Shown one piece after another: positions 1 through 18,111 of a stretch of DNA of 64,000 nt. How positions within the stretch are numbered: position 1 is the stretch's first letter; each line of letters starts with the position of its first letter. This DNA is from the human T2T-CHM13v2.0 reference genome, Homo sapiens, in NCBI RefSeq assembly GCF_009914755.1, contig NC_060927.1; one strand, 5' to 3'. The notes under the pieces are model-generated. The model did not search any database and was not told where the DNA came from. It saw only the letters and a list, made by a program, of their open reading frames with translations. The translations under genes and the position numbers were made by a program.

Positions 1-120
1 TTGAGGTGTATTCCTTTGATGTCCAGTTCATTGAGGGTTTTTATCATGAAGGGATTTTGGATTTTATTGAATGCTTTTTCTGTGTCAATTGAGATGATCA
101 TATGGGTTTTGTTTTTAAAC
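1..120 (-). mobile_element. Old L1 ORF2 fragment (runs off window start)
   Basis: ttgagggtttttatcatgaaggga...gagatgatcatatgg is antisense L1 ORF2-like. Confidence 0.75.
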
Positions 121-280
121 TGATCTCTTTTTGCTCACTGCAAGAGTTGCTGTACAAAATCCCCTCTCCTCTCTTTGTGAGACTGTTAATTTCCTTAGGT
201 CTCACCCTTCTTTATATTCTTGGAGTTTGGCACTGTGCCTGACCAAGTGGACATCTCACAAATGTTTGTTGATTCCCTGT

Positions 281-623
281 TGCTATGGACTGAATGTTTG
301 TGTCTCCCCCAAGTTCATATGTTGAAATCTAATCCCCAGTGTGACAGTATTTGCAGATGGGGCCTTTGAGAGCTAATTAGATCATGAGGGTGGAACCCTG
401 AGGAGTGGAATTAGTTCCCTTATAAGAAAGCTAGCTCACCCTCTTTTCTCCACATGATTTTACAAGGAGAAGCAACCTTGGAAGAGGGCCCTCACTAGCC
501 ACCAAATCAGCTGGCACCCTGATCTCAGACTTCCAGTCTGCAAAACTCCGAGAAATAAAAAGTTGTTGTTCAAGCCACTCAGTCTATCATATTTTGTTAT
601 GGCACTCCAAGCTGACAAAGACA
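281..623 (+). mobile_element. MLT1A-type MaLR solo LTR
   Basis: Starts tgctatggactgaatgtttgtgtc, ends gacaaagaca; flanks cctgt/actgt resemble a 5-bp TSD. Confidence 0.85.
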
Positions 624-1419
624 ACTGTGTAGTCCTTCTCTACTTCTATCCTCTTATAAATAAGGGCTTATCTCCTTTCAGCAAAAAATTCTATTGCACA
701 AAGCATTCTTTAAGATGCAGAATTGTTCATAACCCCAGTGAATTTCGTTGAAATATGAGGAGTTAGACACTATTTCCAATTTATTGTGCATAGTCCACTC
801 TGGTTTTTTATATGCTTGGAAGACTAAGCTAATTATCTTTTGGTTGCTGGCAACTTCTCAATAAGATATCTGTCAAGTGTAATACTATCACAAGGCATTT
901 GGCAACATAAGGAAGAGCAAATTATGTAAGAAGGATAAATATTTTCCTCCCTGGGATAAGGAAAGAGTGTGAGGAGAAGAAAATCACATTAGTAGTTTAA
1001 ATGTTCTTTTCTCATGAGAACATTTAAGAACAATAATGTTGGTTTATACCAGTTAACACTGAGTTCCCAGAGATGATGCAATTCTGTTTCAATGTAGCCT
1101 TTCCTCTGACAGCTCAAAGCTTGGCTTAGTCCCAGAACCATTTTCTAGCCTGATGTGACTCCTCAGTTCAGCTCTGAAGAGAAGAGGCTTTCAAAGGTTT
1201 TTCATCTTGCATTATGTTTTTAGAAGTTTCGTGTCAAGGTGTCTAGAGGCCCTCATATACCAGATTCTTTAAATAATATTCTTTTGAGTTAATTGCCTTG
1301 GAAAATACAGCCAGCCATTAGAATAGGAATATGATATCTTAGTCTATAACAAATGCACCCCATAAATATATACACCTACTGTGTACCCACACAGTCATAG
1401 ATGGCTGTTATTATTTTGA

Positions 1420-2041
<622 letters not shown>

Positions 2042-2078
<37 letters not shown>
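2042..2078. repeat. (TG)n microsatellite
   Basis: Direct reading. Confidence 0.97.
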
Positions 2079-2081
<3 letters not shown>

Positions 2082-2360
2082 AACTTTAAAAATCTTGTAC
2101 ATGCTTTATTTGTGTTTTTTAATTTTTTAATCATCTTGAAAATGGGAGGATCGCTTACTGTAAAGTGAGTGCCTTATAACCATTGCTGCCTTATTCTAAA
2201 AGATAAATCACTATGGATTGCATACAGCTTCAAATAAGAAAAAAAATTTGTAACAGTACATTATAATTTTTATAGGACATTGTTATGGACTGATAACAGA
2301 TACAGTAAGACAGCTAGCTGAAAGAGGCATAATCCTAGCATCTACTATTATTTAGATAGA

Positions 2361-2408
<48 letters not shown>
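2361..2408. repeat. (ATCT)12 tetranucleotide STR
   Basis: Direct reading; sits at the tail of an Alu monomer. Confidence 0.97.
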
Positions 2409-2412
2409 GTCA

Positions 2413-2568
2413 TTTTTCTTGAAACAGGGTCTCACTCTGTCACCCATGCTGGAGTACAGTAGCACAATCATGGCTCACTGCAGCCTCGACCTCCCAGGGC
2501 TCAAGCGATCCTCCCATCTCAGACGCCTGAGTAGCTGGGAGTACAGGCACATGCCACCATGCCTGGCT
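2413..2568 (-). mobile_element. Alu right-arm monomer (FRAM/AluJ-like)
   Basis: Antisense right arm only; tagaatct flanks both sides. Confidence 0.85.
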
Positions 2569-2709
2569 AGAATCTGTATACTTTAGAAGCTTTTAGTTCT
2601 GGTACGGAGGTGGCAAATAAATGACTTGTCAGACTGTACCCATCTGACATTGCCCTGCTGAGCCCCAAAGCATCTTTGGAATCCTCCATACAGCACGAGA
2701 CTACATTGG

Positions 2710-2930
2710 TAGGAGCCTTGACTCAGGAGTCAGGACAGAGCTGGGTTTGAGTAACTACTGTAGTTACGAGAGATATGATCTTGGACAGGGTGCTAATCTC
2801 TAAGCCTTAGTGTTAGTAAACAAGGGCAGTTGTACCCATCTCACAGGGCTCTCATAAGCTTAAATGGGAGAACACATACACCTTCCTTAGCACAGGACTC
2901 TGGTACAAGCAGCTCTATAATATTAGCTCT
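2710..2930 (+). mobile_element. MIR
   Basis: ggagtcaggacagagctgggtttgag...cttagcacag...ttagct. Confidence 0.7.
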
Positions 2931-3429
2931 TCTTTCTCTTGCTATTGTTATTAATAACTAACAAGATTTGGCAAAAGATAAAATTATTAGAGAACCACTT
3001 CCTCCCCCATAGTGCTTAGATCCTGTCTGGGGAAAGTCCTAATTTATTAGGTTTCAAAGTTGCTAGCTAATCAGCCTCTATCCCTTCTGGTACAACATAT
3101 TTGAGTGAGTACACGGTCACCCACCCAATTGGGCTACAGCTTTCTGACTCAAGCCCAGCTTTCCCCGTAACCTCTATCTCCTCCAGACTTTTCTGCTCAA
3201 ATGGTGCTGATTCTGACATAGGGGAAGGTACTGTTACTGTTGTTTGCTGCATCCTCTCAACAGATAATGGGTTGAACATTGTCGAACACAACTTATTACC
3301 TTCTCCCGTCTTGTAGTAGAGTTTAAGGATATTGCATGCAAGAGCTGCTATTCCATTCAACTTCTCAAGCAGATCTTAAACACATTCATTTTTCCCATAT
3401 ACATGCTGCCTTCCCTCTAAGTTCATACA

Positions 3430-4030
3430 CCATTCTATCTTGCCTGGAACTCTAAAATAGCCTCACAAAATGAGCTCTCTCCTCCCACTTTTGCTTCTGT
3501 TCCAACCAGTTGTCATCTTGGCCAGTTTGATTTTTTTTTTAAAGCAATCCTGACCATAATCCATGCTTAGAATTCCTCAATGCACCTCTAGACTCTTGTA
3601 ATAAAATACAAACTCAAGAACACTGCCTACATGGCCCTGTATGAACTTGCCTCTCCCCATCTCTCCATTCCCACCACATACACCTCTCCTCCCCTCTTTA
3701 TATGTCATAGCTATTGCTGGCATCTTTCAGATCTTCAAATAAGCCTACCTCCTTCCTTTCTCAGGGGGCTTTGCACATGCTGCTCCTTTTTCCTAAAATG
3801 TCCTTGCCCCAACTCTTAACCTGCTTGAGTCTGATTCCCTTTTTAGGTTTCAATTCAACTGTTGCTTCCTCAGAAAACTCTTCACTCACCAACGCAAAGA
3901 TAAATTGTATCCCAAATGTTATTCTCTTTACACTATTTGTAATTTTGCTCTATAGAGCTTAGCATGATTTGTAATTCTATATGAACTCTACATTTACTTG
4001 TTTACCGTTTCTCTCTCCTTCTATATTGTA
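3430..4030 (+). mobile_element. L2 3' region
   Basis: Pyrimidine-rich L2 motifs (ctcagggggctttgcacatgctgctcc). Confidence 0.7.
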
Positions 4031-4297
4031 TAACGCTTGTGTGTGTAATCACTCTTTCAAAGTAAAAATCTTAACCAGATTCTGTTTAGCCTCACAAGCA
4101 GGACCTTTCCCTTCCTTGCCATCACAATGCCAGGGTAGATTGTGAGAGTCCCATCCTCCTTTTGTGGGGTGGGTACGTACTGTGTCCTGGTATTTTACAA
4201 ATGGGGTACCTGTCTTCATGAGGTAAGTTGGTTGAGGTATGAACTAAGTCTAGGGACAGGAAAGTGTTACTTGAGCTGGGTGGTTGCTGGGAATATT

Positions 4298-4700
4298 TGT
4301 TAGCATAGGCTAAAATTTCTGTAACACACTACAACATTTTAGTGGCTTAACACCATAAAAGTTCACTTCTGCTCAAGTAAGAGTCCAATGCAGGTATGTG
4401 TGATCAGGGTGGCTACCTTGTGTCATTTTCTTCCAAGCAGGGACTCAGGGACACAAGCTTTTTCTACCTTTTGGTTTTGCTGTCCCCTAGGGATTTAGAG
4501 CCTGTCATCTCTACCTGGCAGAACAGGAAAGAGGGAGCATGGAGGGAGCATAGACAAAACAGGAAGAAGTGTGTATCACTTCTATCCACATTCCATTGGC
4601 CAGAACTCACTGGTTCACAATAGGGTTTCATCTAATAGCAAGGGAGGCTGGGAAATATAGTCTAACTCTATGCCCAGGAAGAAGAGGCAGGCATGGATTT
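4298..4700 (-). mobile_element. Old MLT1-type LTR
   Basis: cacattccattggccagaactc...gcaagggaggctgggaaatatagtc. Confidence 0.65.
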
Positions 4701-5979
4701 TGGATGCCCAGGGAAAGAACGATTGGTATAGGCCCAGGTGTGGGTGATAAGCGGTGATCCCTATGTCTTGGCAAATCCACCCTTTGCTACCATGAGGTTC
4801 CTGGTTCCACAGCTCTCCTCACTATGGTCCTTGACAGAGACACATCTTATGCTCATCCATTGTCCCTTTCAGGTCTGGATTGCTCCCTTCTGTCCTCCCT
4901 GGTCTTTCTAGAGTAATTCCCCATCTCTTCCATTCAACGCACACTATTTTTTTTTTTTTCGTTTAGTGGGGTATTTGTGTGAGGTGAAGCCCTGCTCATG
5001 GTAACATTTTTGTGTAGCCTAATATCACTTCTATTCCCCTAACACAGAAGAAGTCTTGTCTTTTTTCTCTGCTCATTGCCTCAAGGGAGAAATATAATAA
5101 CATTGGTTGATATTTCAAAAACATTGCCCCACAGCAAATATAAATTCAATGAGGATAGAGACCATATCTGTATGTTCACCACAATGTCCCCAACATCTAC
5201 CAAATGGGCTCAAATATTTATGAATAAATAAATGCATAAATAAGTACATGAATGTTGTAAGAAGTGGCACTACTGACAGATACCACTTGCATCCTGATTC
5301 TTCGTACCTTCTCAGACCTTCCTTCTCAAACGGGTGTGAGCAGTGCTCTTAATGGCCCTGGAAGGAGACTGGAGGGAGCTATAGTTATGGGGCCCTGACT
5401 CTGCAGGCTTGACATTTTGTCTGTAACTTCACACACACACATATTACACATACACTTGGAAAGAAAAATAATCCAAGAAAATAGGATAAGGAACGATAAC
5501 AAAGGAAAAAAGAATAAAAACCCTTAGCTCCTGGCACATAGGAGTCCTGTAAATGTTTATTGAATGAGAGACAAGAAGAAATACCCAGTTTCTTCTATGC
5601 AAGGACTGAAATGGGCAATTCATGGACATGAATTGAATTCTAATAGTCTTTCCTTGAAAATTTATTAAAGAGAGCTAGACTGTATCCTGATCATAATGTC
5701 ACTCTTGTTCTTTAGCAATAGACTAGGTTTATTTTTCTAGCTGGTCTCTCTGACTCTCACAGACTGCGTACGTGCTGCAGAATGCTGGGGGAAAATTAAC
5801 TCTCATGACTGGGAGAGGCAGAGTCAGGAGTCACTGAGATGGTTCCCATCCAACGTGGAGAAGGAAAGCAATGTGGCTTAAGATGGATTCATTATCACTG
5901 GTGGAAGAAGTGATTTTTTAGGGTGGAGGAAGAATTTAATGAAAAGCTTCTTTGGGGGGATAACTTCTCATCAATTTTT

Positions 5980-6820
5980 GTGGCAGATGCTGCAGGTTGG
6001 CACTCTCACCTCTCATATGAAACCCTTTTCTTTCTAACCTCTGTCATTTTGTAGGCTGAAAAACAAAAGTACTCACTTTCCTAGCCTCTCCTGTAGCCAA
6101 AGGAGGTCATCTGACACAATTTTGGACAAGGAGACGTAAGTTACCCCTCCCCTATTTTTCCTTTTTTTCCTACCTTAAATTGATAAGATAGCAGCCGTAG
6201 CTGCCTGAATTCATCCATTTGCATTGCTATAGAGGAATACCCGAGACTGTGTACTCTATGGAGAAAAAAGTTTTATTTTGGCTCATGGTTCTGCAGGATG
6301 TACAAGAAGTGTGGTGCCAGCATCAGTACCTGCTCTGGGTCAGGGCTTCAGGAAGTTTACAATCATGGTGGAAGGTGAAGGAAGAGCAGGCAGTGTTACA
6401 TGGCAAGAGGGGGAGCAAGGGGTGGGTGAAGGCACCACACTCTGTTAAACAACCAGATCTCATGTGAACTCAGAGGGAGAACTCACTCATTACCATAAGG
6501 AGGGCATGAAGACATTCATCAGGAATCTGCCCCCATAACCAAAACACCTCCCACCATGTCCCAACTCCAACATTGGAGGTCATATTCAACAGGAGACTTG
6601 GAGGGAACAAATTTCCAATCCATATCACTGCCATTTTGTGACTATGAGAGAGAGGCCAAAAGACCCACAGAGAAGTGGACCCTGACATTATTGAAGCACT
6701 GAACCAATGCTAGCAGACACCTGACTTCAGATTTCTCTTATGCAAGGAAACATAAAGCCCTCTTTGTTTAAGGCATTGAAATGAAGGATTCTGTTACTTG
6801 CAGCCCAAGTATTTCTAACA
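5980..6820 (+). mobile_element. Old MLT1-type LTR, host of an MST LTR
   Basis: MLT1-like 3' end ttctgttacttgcagccc. Confidence 0.6.
6206..6627 (-). mobile_element. MST (MSTA/B-like) MaLR solo LTR
   Basis: ggctcatggttctgcagg...aatcatggtggaaggtgaagg; perfect 5-bp TSD ctgcc at 6201-6205 and 6628-6632. Confidence 0.9.
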
Positions 6821-6949
6821 GCTCTTCTTTTAAAAATTTTCCATTTCCCACTTAAAATAAATATACCAGCTATATGTAGTAAATATGAAAAAATTCTCAC
6901 CAAGATTAAAACAAGATTTTAAAAGACAGAATTGCGGAGTAGGGAACAT

Positions 6950-7100
6950 AATTTTGAAAAAGAAGAAAGTTGGAGGACTCACACTGTCTGATTTTAAGAC
7001 TTATTCTTAAACTAAGCATTTATAAAGTCTTTACAAATCAAAACATTGTTATTGGTAAAAGGACAGATACACAGATGAATGGAACACAATACAAAGCCCC
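6950..7100 (+). mobile_element. L1M ORF2 fragment
   Basis: aaagttggaggactcacact...gatgaatggaaca. Confidence 0.65.
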
Positions 7101-7737
7101 AATGATATGGAATTGCAAAGGAGTCATCACTCTGGAGCATTTCTGCAGAGGAAATATCGAACCACCCAAATTACCTCTTCTACTTAAAGTATCAAGTCAG
7201 CTCAATTCCCAGGGAGCTTTTCTTAACCTGAGATAAATTCTAATCCTAATGAATATGTTTAAAGGTAAATTCTGTGTTAGCCTTGCCTTGAATAGGCTAC
7301 ATTTCTCCACTTTCAGGTCTTCTTTCTATTCACCCCTATCTCCCTGCCGCTTTAGGAAAATTCCTCTGCCTCCATGTGAGCTAGTCCTGGTGCTGTCAAT
7401 TCTCAGTATACCTCTAGTCTGGAGCAGCTACAAGGATTGTTTTTTCCAGTGTGCCCAATGCCCTTCTCCTGCCTTTACTAATTTTGTTTTCTTATAGACA
7501 CATCATCCATCCTCTCCCTCAGTTGTTTTTGGCTTCATAGTCTCCTTCTTTCTGATTCCTTTCCCTAAACTATGAATCAGATCATGCCATCCCCTTGCTT
7601 AAAAATGACAGTGGATGCTCCTTTCCGGGGTTTGTTCCTTCAACCCAGCAAAGGCCTCATGGGCTTCACCTTATGAGTCTCCTGTCAGGACCACTCTGCC
7701 CTCACATCTCAGCATGTCCAGCCCTGTCTGGACATTA

Positions 7738-8103
<366 letters not shown>

Positions 8104-8447
8104 CTACATTCTGCCTTACTTCACCCAGTTTTTTTTTTACCTATTTTTAATGATCTTGTTCATTAACTTCTTTGCTCTCTTATTCGTTATCTCCATTTGC
8201 TTAAAGCTCCATGGGAACAAAATTCTTTTTTCTTTTTTTATTATTATACTTTAAGTTTTAGGGTACACGTGCACAATGTGCAGGTTAGTTACATATGTAT
8301 ATATGTGCCATGTTGGTGTGCTGCACCCATTAACTCGTCATTTAGCATTAGGTATATCTCCTAATGCTATCCCTCCCCCCTCCCCCCACCCCACAACAGT
8401 CCCCAGAGTGTGATGTTCCCCTTCCTGTGTCCATGTGTTCTCATTGT

Positions 8448-10298
<1,851 letters not shown>

Positions 10299-10300
10299 CT

Positions 10301-12156
<1,856 letters not shown>

Positions 12157-12604
12157 TAAGTAGGGTGTCCCTGTTTTCCCAGAACAGTCCAGGTTATTTC
12201 CATGTAATTATTAACAGCATTCCTTTTCTTGATCAAATGAGCACCAGCTGATTAATGCATTACATGGTCACCTTGCCTATGTGGTAGAGGAACCCATCCA
12301 TGAGTAAAGGCCTGGCCATGTGATTGACTGGTACCATTCAAGGCATGGTGAGGGGTTCATCGTGGTGGGGCAGTGGGGGCACTGGTGGTGGAGCGATAGG
12401 GCAGGTGGCGCAGTAAGAGAGACTGGATTGGGCTAAATGAAGAGTCTGTGTGCCCTGCCAAGCAGAATTATGACTATGCTTGTTTAAGTGCTCCCCTTGC
12501 ATGCTTATGAAAGGACTGTTCATTATGCTTTGCTTTAGAGAGATTTTGGAACTGGGTTTTCCCAGCTGAAATATTTGTTTTGTATGTTAAAACAATAAGA
12601 TCCT

Positions 12605-12763
12605 CTATTTAACTTTAAATTTACATTAATTAAAATTAATTACAATTTAAACATTCAGTTTCTTTGTTGCAGTAGCCACATGTATGGCTAGTAGCCACTG
12701 TATCGAACAGTGCAGTTATAAAATTTTTCCATCATCACAGAAAGTTCAACTGGACAGCACTGC
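12605..12763 (-). mobile_element. MER3 hAT MITE
   Basis: ccatcatcacagaaagttc...ggacagcactg. Confidence 0.8.
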
Positions 12764-12784
12764 TCTAGGCTGTTGCAGATTAAT

Positions 12785-13031
12785 GAGACTAAGGAGGCTT
12801 GATAACTAAAGGCAATGTGTCATCCTGGATTGAGTCCTGGACCACAAAAAAAGGACATCAGTAGGACATTTGGTGAAATTTAAATAAGGTCTGTAATAAT
12901 ACTATTGAATCAGTTCTTATTCGATAATTGTACTATAGTATGGAAGATGTACATATTTGGGGCCAAACTTGTTATTATCTTGCAACTTTTTCATAAGTCT
13001 GAAGTTATTTCAAAACGAAAAGTTAAAAAAA
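12785..13031 (+). mobile_element. L1ME/MC 3' end
   Basis: caatgtgtcatcctggattgagtcctgg...ttatttcaaaacgaaaagttaaaaaa. Confidence 0.7.
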
Positions 13032-13103
13032 TGTATACATACACATTTATTTCTCTAAAAGCATGTGTACCACCTGTTAGGTAGGACAGTGAGAATACTT
13101 AGA

Positions 13104-13553
13104 CCAGTGCTTCTCAAATTTGAACAGGCATACAAATCATCTGAAGATCTTTTTAAAATGCAGGTTCTAGTTTAGTAGTTCTGGGGTGGCTCTTGAGAGT
13201 CTACATTTTTTTCTTTCTTTTTTTCTTTTTAAAGACAGAGTCTTGCTCTGTCATTCAGGCTGGAGTGCATTGGCACAATCATAACACACTGCAGCCTAGA
13301 AATCCTGGGCTCAAGCAATCCTCCTGCTTCATCCTTTCATGTAGCTGGGATTACAGGCATGTGCCACTACATCTGACTAATTTTTTAATTTTTTTGTAGA
13401 GTCAGGGTCTTGCTATGTTGCTCAGGCTGGTCTCAAACTCCTGGACTCAAGCGCTGCTCTCCTACCTGAGCCTCCGAGTTGCTGCTCAGATTTTGCTTTT
13501 TGATCAGGTGATGCCTGTTTTGCTATCCAAGGAACATAGCTTGAATAGCAAGG
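13104..13553. mobile_element. MER5A interrupted by antisense AluJ (about 13205-13483)
   Basis: cagtgcttctcaaa...tttttaaaatgcag, then Alu, then caggtgatgcc...tgaatagcaagg. Confidence 0.75.
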
Positions 13554-15289
13554 TTTTAAAGAACTGTGAAAATTGTGATTCTTATATATATAAACCCAAT
13601 GGTAAGGCTGCTAACATTGGAATGTTATTCATAAAGGCAGTAGTTGACCTTATTATTTGGATTGGTCATGTTCCATGAATAGAGTGGAAATGTGATTGCT
13701 GGTATGCTGAAACAGTATCTTCTCATTAACTATTAGATCCTGGTAGTTATGTTTTGCTGTTTAGTTTCGGTTTTGTGCACTCACAAGGGAAAGAAAAAAT
13801 CAAGAAATCTCATGGTTCGATTTCAGCATGCATCAACTGATTTTCTTATTTATGGAAGTCTAACTGTAACATAAAACATTCCAATGTACAGGTGTTGAGG
13901 TTTTTGAATAGCTTCCATTTATAGCTTGGGTCTAACTCTTCTCGCCTAAGGGGAGGCGAGCTGGAGGACTGGTAGATAAATATATATTACATAAATCTTT
14001 GTGTGCTCCCCACACAAGATGGTTACTTTTGGGTTTTCCAGATTATTCAAGTGTTTTATTTTTCCCCTTTGGGGTTTATACCACAGATGAGAACAGGGTG
14101 AGTTGCCCTTCTCAGAGACTTATTCCAGTATCAAGCCTACTTTTTCTTTCCTCATATTTTCAAGCCTTTCTTTTGTCCTTCAAATATAAAACTTACATAA
14201 TGACTCTAACATTGGAAGTTTTACATGGATTTCATTTTGCTGCTGATTTTATTTCTGGTCCTCTCTCCTGGTACCTTGTTTCCTTGGTTGTTTTATGGTT
14301 TTAAAAATTTATTTATTTATACCGTTTATTTTTCTTGATCTGTGAAAATTTTTTTGAGGCCTAGGATGAAGATGAGTTCCTCCAGAAAGAAAGTTTATCT
14401 GCCTTTATTAAATTCCTTGGTGATACTACTGCTCTGGAACTACTGTGAATTATCAGCTTACAAGTTTCGGAATTTTGTTGTAAATTCCTGTAAGGGATGG
14501 TTCATGATTATGAATGCTCATGTGGGACATTTTTCTCCTTCCTCCCACCATCAAGGTTTGAGTCTGGGCAATTTTCTTTAAAGCCTCCTTTAAAAGAAAC
14601 TAGGGGTTAGGTTTATTTCTAGTTTACCCTTATATTGAAAATGCAGCCCTTTGGAGACTTGCTCAGTGGAGGTGGGGGTTGGGAGTCATGTTAGACTTTC
14701 AAGACCTAGACTTTGTTATCTGTTCTCAGAGACCTGAGAGGCTAGGAACACTGATGTTCAAGTTCACCCAGTATACAGCAACTGGCATCAGAGTGAAACC
14801 CCTTCCACTGCTCTCATTACTCTCTTGGCTCCTTATTCATTTAGGGATTTTTTTTTTTTTTTTTTTTTTTGCCTAAGTAAGTTTATGAATTAACCAAATA
14901 TAATGGCTTTACCTTCAACATGCAGGCTTTCAAAAATCTATCACTTTGGGTCCAAATTTTGGCTCTGGGATTTCAAAACTAGGCTTTCAAGATGAGGAAT
15001 GCCTTTCTTTTGGCCTCTTGTCTTTGGTGCAAAGCAGTTGCAATTCTCCTTCTGTAATCGGTGCTCTTCACGACCATACCTCCCTGAAACAAAGAAGGGC
15101 TTAGCTTCAATATATATTTGTTTTAAACCTGGAAGCAGATGTAGGGTAAACAAACAAACTGTAAGCGATAGAAACATTAGTTAATGTAAAATTATTTATT
15201 TGCTATAAAGATATATTTGACTATTTCTGGTATTTCAGCATAGGGATTACTGATAATTTATTTAACTAATCTCTTATTATTGAGCATTT

Positions 15290-15430
15290 TAATTCTTCCC
15301 ATTTTTTCCCTGCTATCCGTGTTGCAACAGTGAACATTCTTGTACATTTATTTTGTATATACGTGCAACATTTCATCAGGATAAATGTCTACAAGTAAAA
15401 TTGCTGGGTCGGATGGTATGTCCATTTACA
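15290..15430 (-). mobile_element. L1ME 3' fragment
   Basis: gtgaacattcttgtaca...aaattgctgggtc. Confidence 0.6.
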
Positions 15431-15633
15431 ATGCTGATGTTTATTGGTTAGGGCAATATTAAACAGTAATGATCATCTTTTACTAAAGCAAGCATGTGTT
15501 TCCGCATCAATTTCAGCGTAACGCCCTTGTATTTTGCACACACAATTCTGCCCTCTATCAGAAAGACTTTTAGATTAGATATCCAACTGTATAATTATCT
15601 TTTGTATTCCCAGATTTCACTTTAACAATCTTT

Positions 15634-15937
15634 TTTTTTTTTTTTTTTGAGACAGAGTCTCGCTCTGTCGCCCAGGCTGGAGTGCAGTGGCACAATCTAC
15701 GCTCACTGCTCACTGCAAGCTCCGCCTCCCAGGTTCACGCCATTCTCCTGCCTCAGCCTCCCGAGTAGCTGGGACTGCAGGCGCCCACCACCACGCCCAG
15801 CTAATTTTTTTGTATTTTTAGTAGAGACGGGGTTTCACCATGTTAGCCAGGATGGTCTCCATCTCCTGACCTCGTGATCCGCCCACCTCGGCCTCCCAGA
15901 ATGCTGAGATTACAGGCATGAGCCACCGCGCCTGGCC
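15634..15937 (-). mobile_element. AluY
   Basis: Full dimer; TSD tttaacaatcttt at 15621-15633 and 15938-15950. Confidence 0.95.
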
Positions 15938-17019
15938 TTTAACAATCTTTAATAACTGTACTTAGAGGAATTCATGGATTGTTAGCAGTGATACAACTTC
16001 TGTGTAAATTTTAAGCTATTTAATGATCCTAGATGGATTCTCAGTTTGCACTTCTCATTTTTTTAGACAGGAGTACCAGTGACTACAAACTTATGGATAG
16101 AGTTATGTGTTAACTCTGAATTAAAGTCAGTCTTTAAGTGCTGTTTTGAATCATACACTAAAATCATAGCATATTAGAGTTCTAAGGGTTCTTATAGGTC
16201 TGTAACCAGAGTGCCGCAGTTTATAGTTTGGAATGCAAATAAGGCACTGCTCAGGAGAGGTCCCAAAGTGCAACACGTGAGCCTCACATGCCAAATGAAC
16301 AGGAAACTGCTTTTCTTTGGGAGCCCCCTCCCCTGATATTCCTAGGGCCAGTTCTGGCCACTTCCATTTCAAATCCTGATGTCTCAACTCAGACACCAGG
16401 AGTGTCTCTGATGCCCCACAAGAAGCTGGTGGCTCCAGAGGAAGCTGCTTGTGTAGACCCTGCCTTGGACGACTGTTCTTTTCTAGGGAGCCAGAGAGAA
16501 GATCCCCAGCCTTTGGTTAAGTTCAGCCAGGAGAGGGCTCCTGTGAGACCTGGCCTGGCCTCCCATCATTAGATTCAATTCACTCACATAGCCACTTCTC
16601 TAGGACTCAAATCTGCCATCTGATTCTCGGGTTGGGTCTAGACCCAGTGTGCACTGTCTTACAGCTCCCAAAGCACATTCCTTTTCAAACGCCTAAGTCT
16701 GCAGAGGCTGGACTGGTGATCCTATGTTTTCTCTTTGGTAAGGGCTTATCTTAGGATCTCGTGGCCCTTTCCTGACTCCAGGCCTTGCTCAGGGCCACCC
16801 CTAGTCCACCCTGACTAGTTTTAATTTTAGAGACAAAGTGTAGGGGTCTTGATCCCTTCCTCTAGGAGAGTCTTGGGCTCCAAATGCAAATTTGACTACT
16901 CCCCTTCTCACCCCAGCAATCTTCAGGCTCTACATCTCAGCATTTTCTTTCTTTCTCACACAGAGATATGAAATTCCATTTTACCCAGCCATCCTACTGG
17001 AGAGCATTTAAGTCCAGTG

Positions 17020-17130
17020 CCCTCATTTTAAAAATGAGGAAACCAAAGCACAGAAAAGTTACTTACCTAAGATGACACACTTGGTCACAATAGATCAGAG
17101 GCAAGAATTCTTGTTGTCTAAATCATAATA
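17020..17130 (-). mobile_element. MIR
   Basis: ctcattttaaaaatgaggaaaccaaagcacaga. Confidence 0.7.
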
Positions 17131-18111
17131 TAGGACTCTGTTATTTCCACTGAAATGTTTCTGTTTTGTGAGTTTTTTTCCAGTGAATTTTGAAATCCTG
17201 AGCCACATTCTGTCTCACATTCCTGGCCACATTCCACACTGCCCAGCTGAAATATGCTCAAACTTGCTGGGTGCTTTTATGATTTACCTAGTGGTGATTT
17301 CCAGAGTCAAAGCCAAACCACTCATTAAAAGCAGCCACTATTTTGGAAAGCCCACATGATTGTTCCCCTTCATTAGAATGAATAATCAAGAGCTAGCACT
17401 GAGCATATTTGTTGCCCTAGAATGTGCTTTGCTGCCTCTCTGTGACCCAGAGAATCTAGAAAATACTTATGCTGCAGCCCAGCATTTGAGGTATGTTTCC
17501 CTTCCCATAGTTCCCATGGACTCTCCATTGGGTCAAACCTTTTGGAGGTATTTCTGATTCTATTTCATCCTGAACATTTGCCACTTGATGAGCAGTGTAG
17601 GGAAGAAACTGGAAAACAGAGAGTAAAGAAATCTATCTGAAAAGTGGTCTCAATACCCTGGGTCTTGGTTCTTCACCCCTGGGGCTGTCATCCTTACCTG
17701 TGGCATGGAGTTCTCAGCATATGCCTATTCCTCAGGCTGATAGCTAGTTTTGGGTGGGGAATGCAGTTTGAGAAGGTACTAGTCTGGAGGGAGGGGGTGT
17801 AGGAGGAGAGTTCATATTTAAAATTCCTTCTCTTGAGGAATTCAATTTCAAAAAGCCCAGAGTTCTGCTATATATTGGCAGAATACAATTAGTTGGCTTG
17901 GCTAATGTTGGGTCAGGACTGCCCTTTTAACAGAACACCGTTCTCCAAAGACAGCCTTTAGCATTCTTTGACAAAGATCTTTAAGGAAATCACTTTCATC
18001 TTGATTTTTTTTATTAGTTAACATGCAGCGAAAACTTAACCGTTGGTTTACATCTGTAGATTCTACTAAAAATTCAATCTGTTATCCACATCAGATCACA
18101 TGTCTCTAAGA

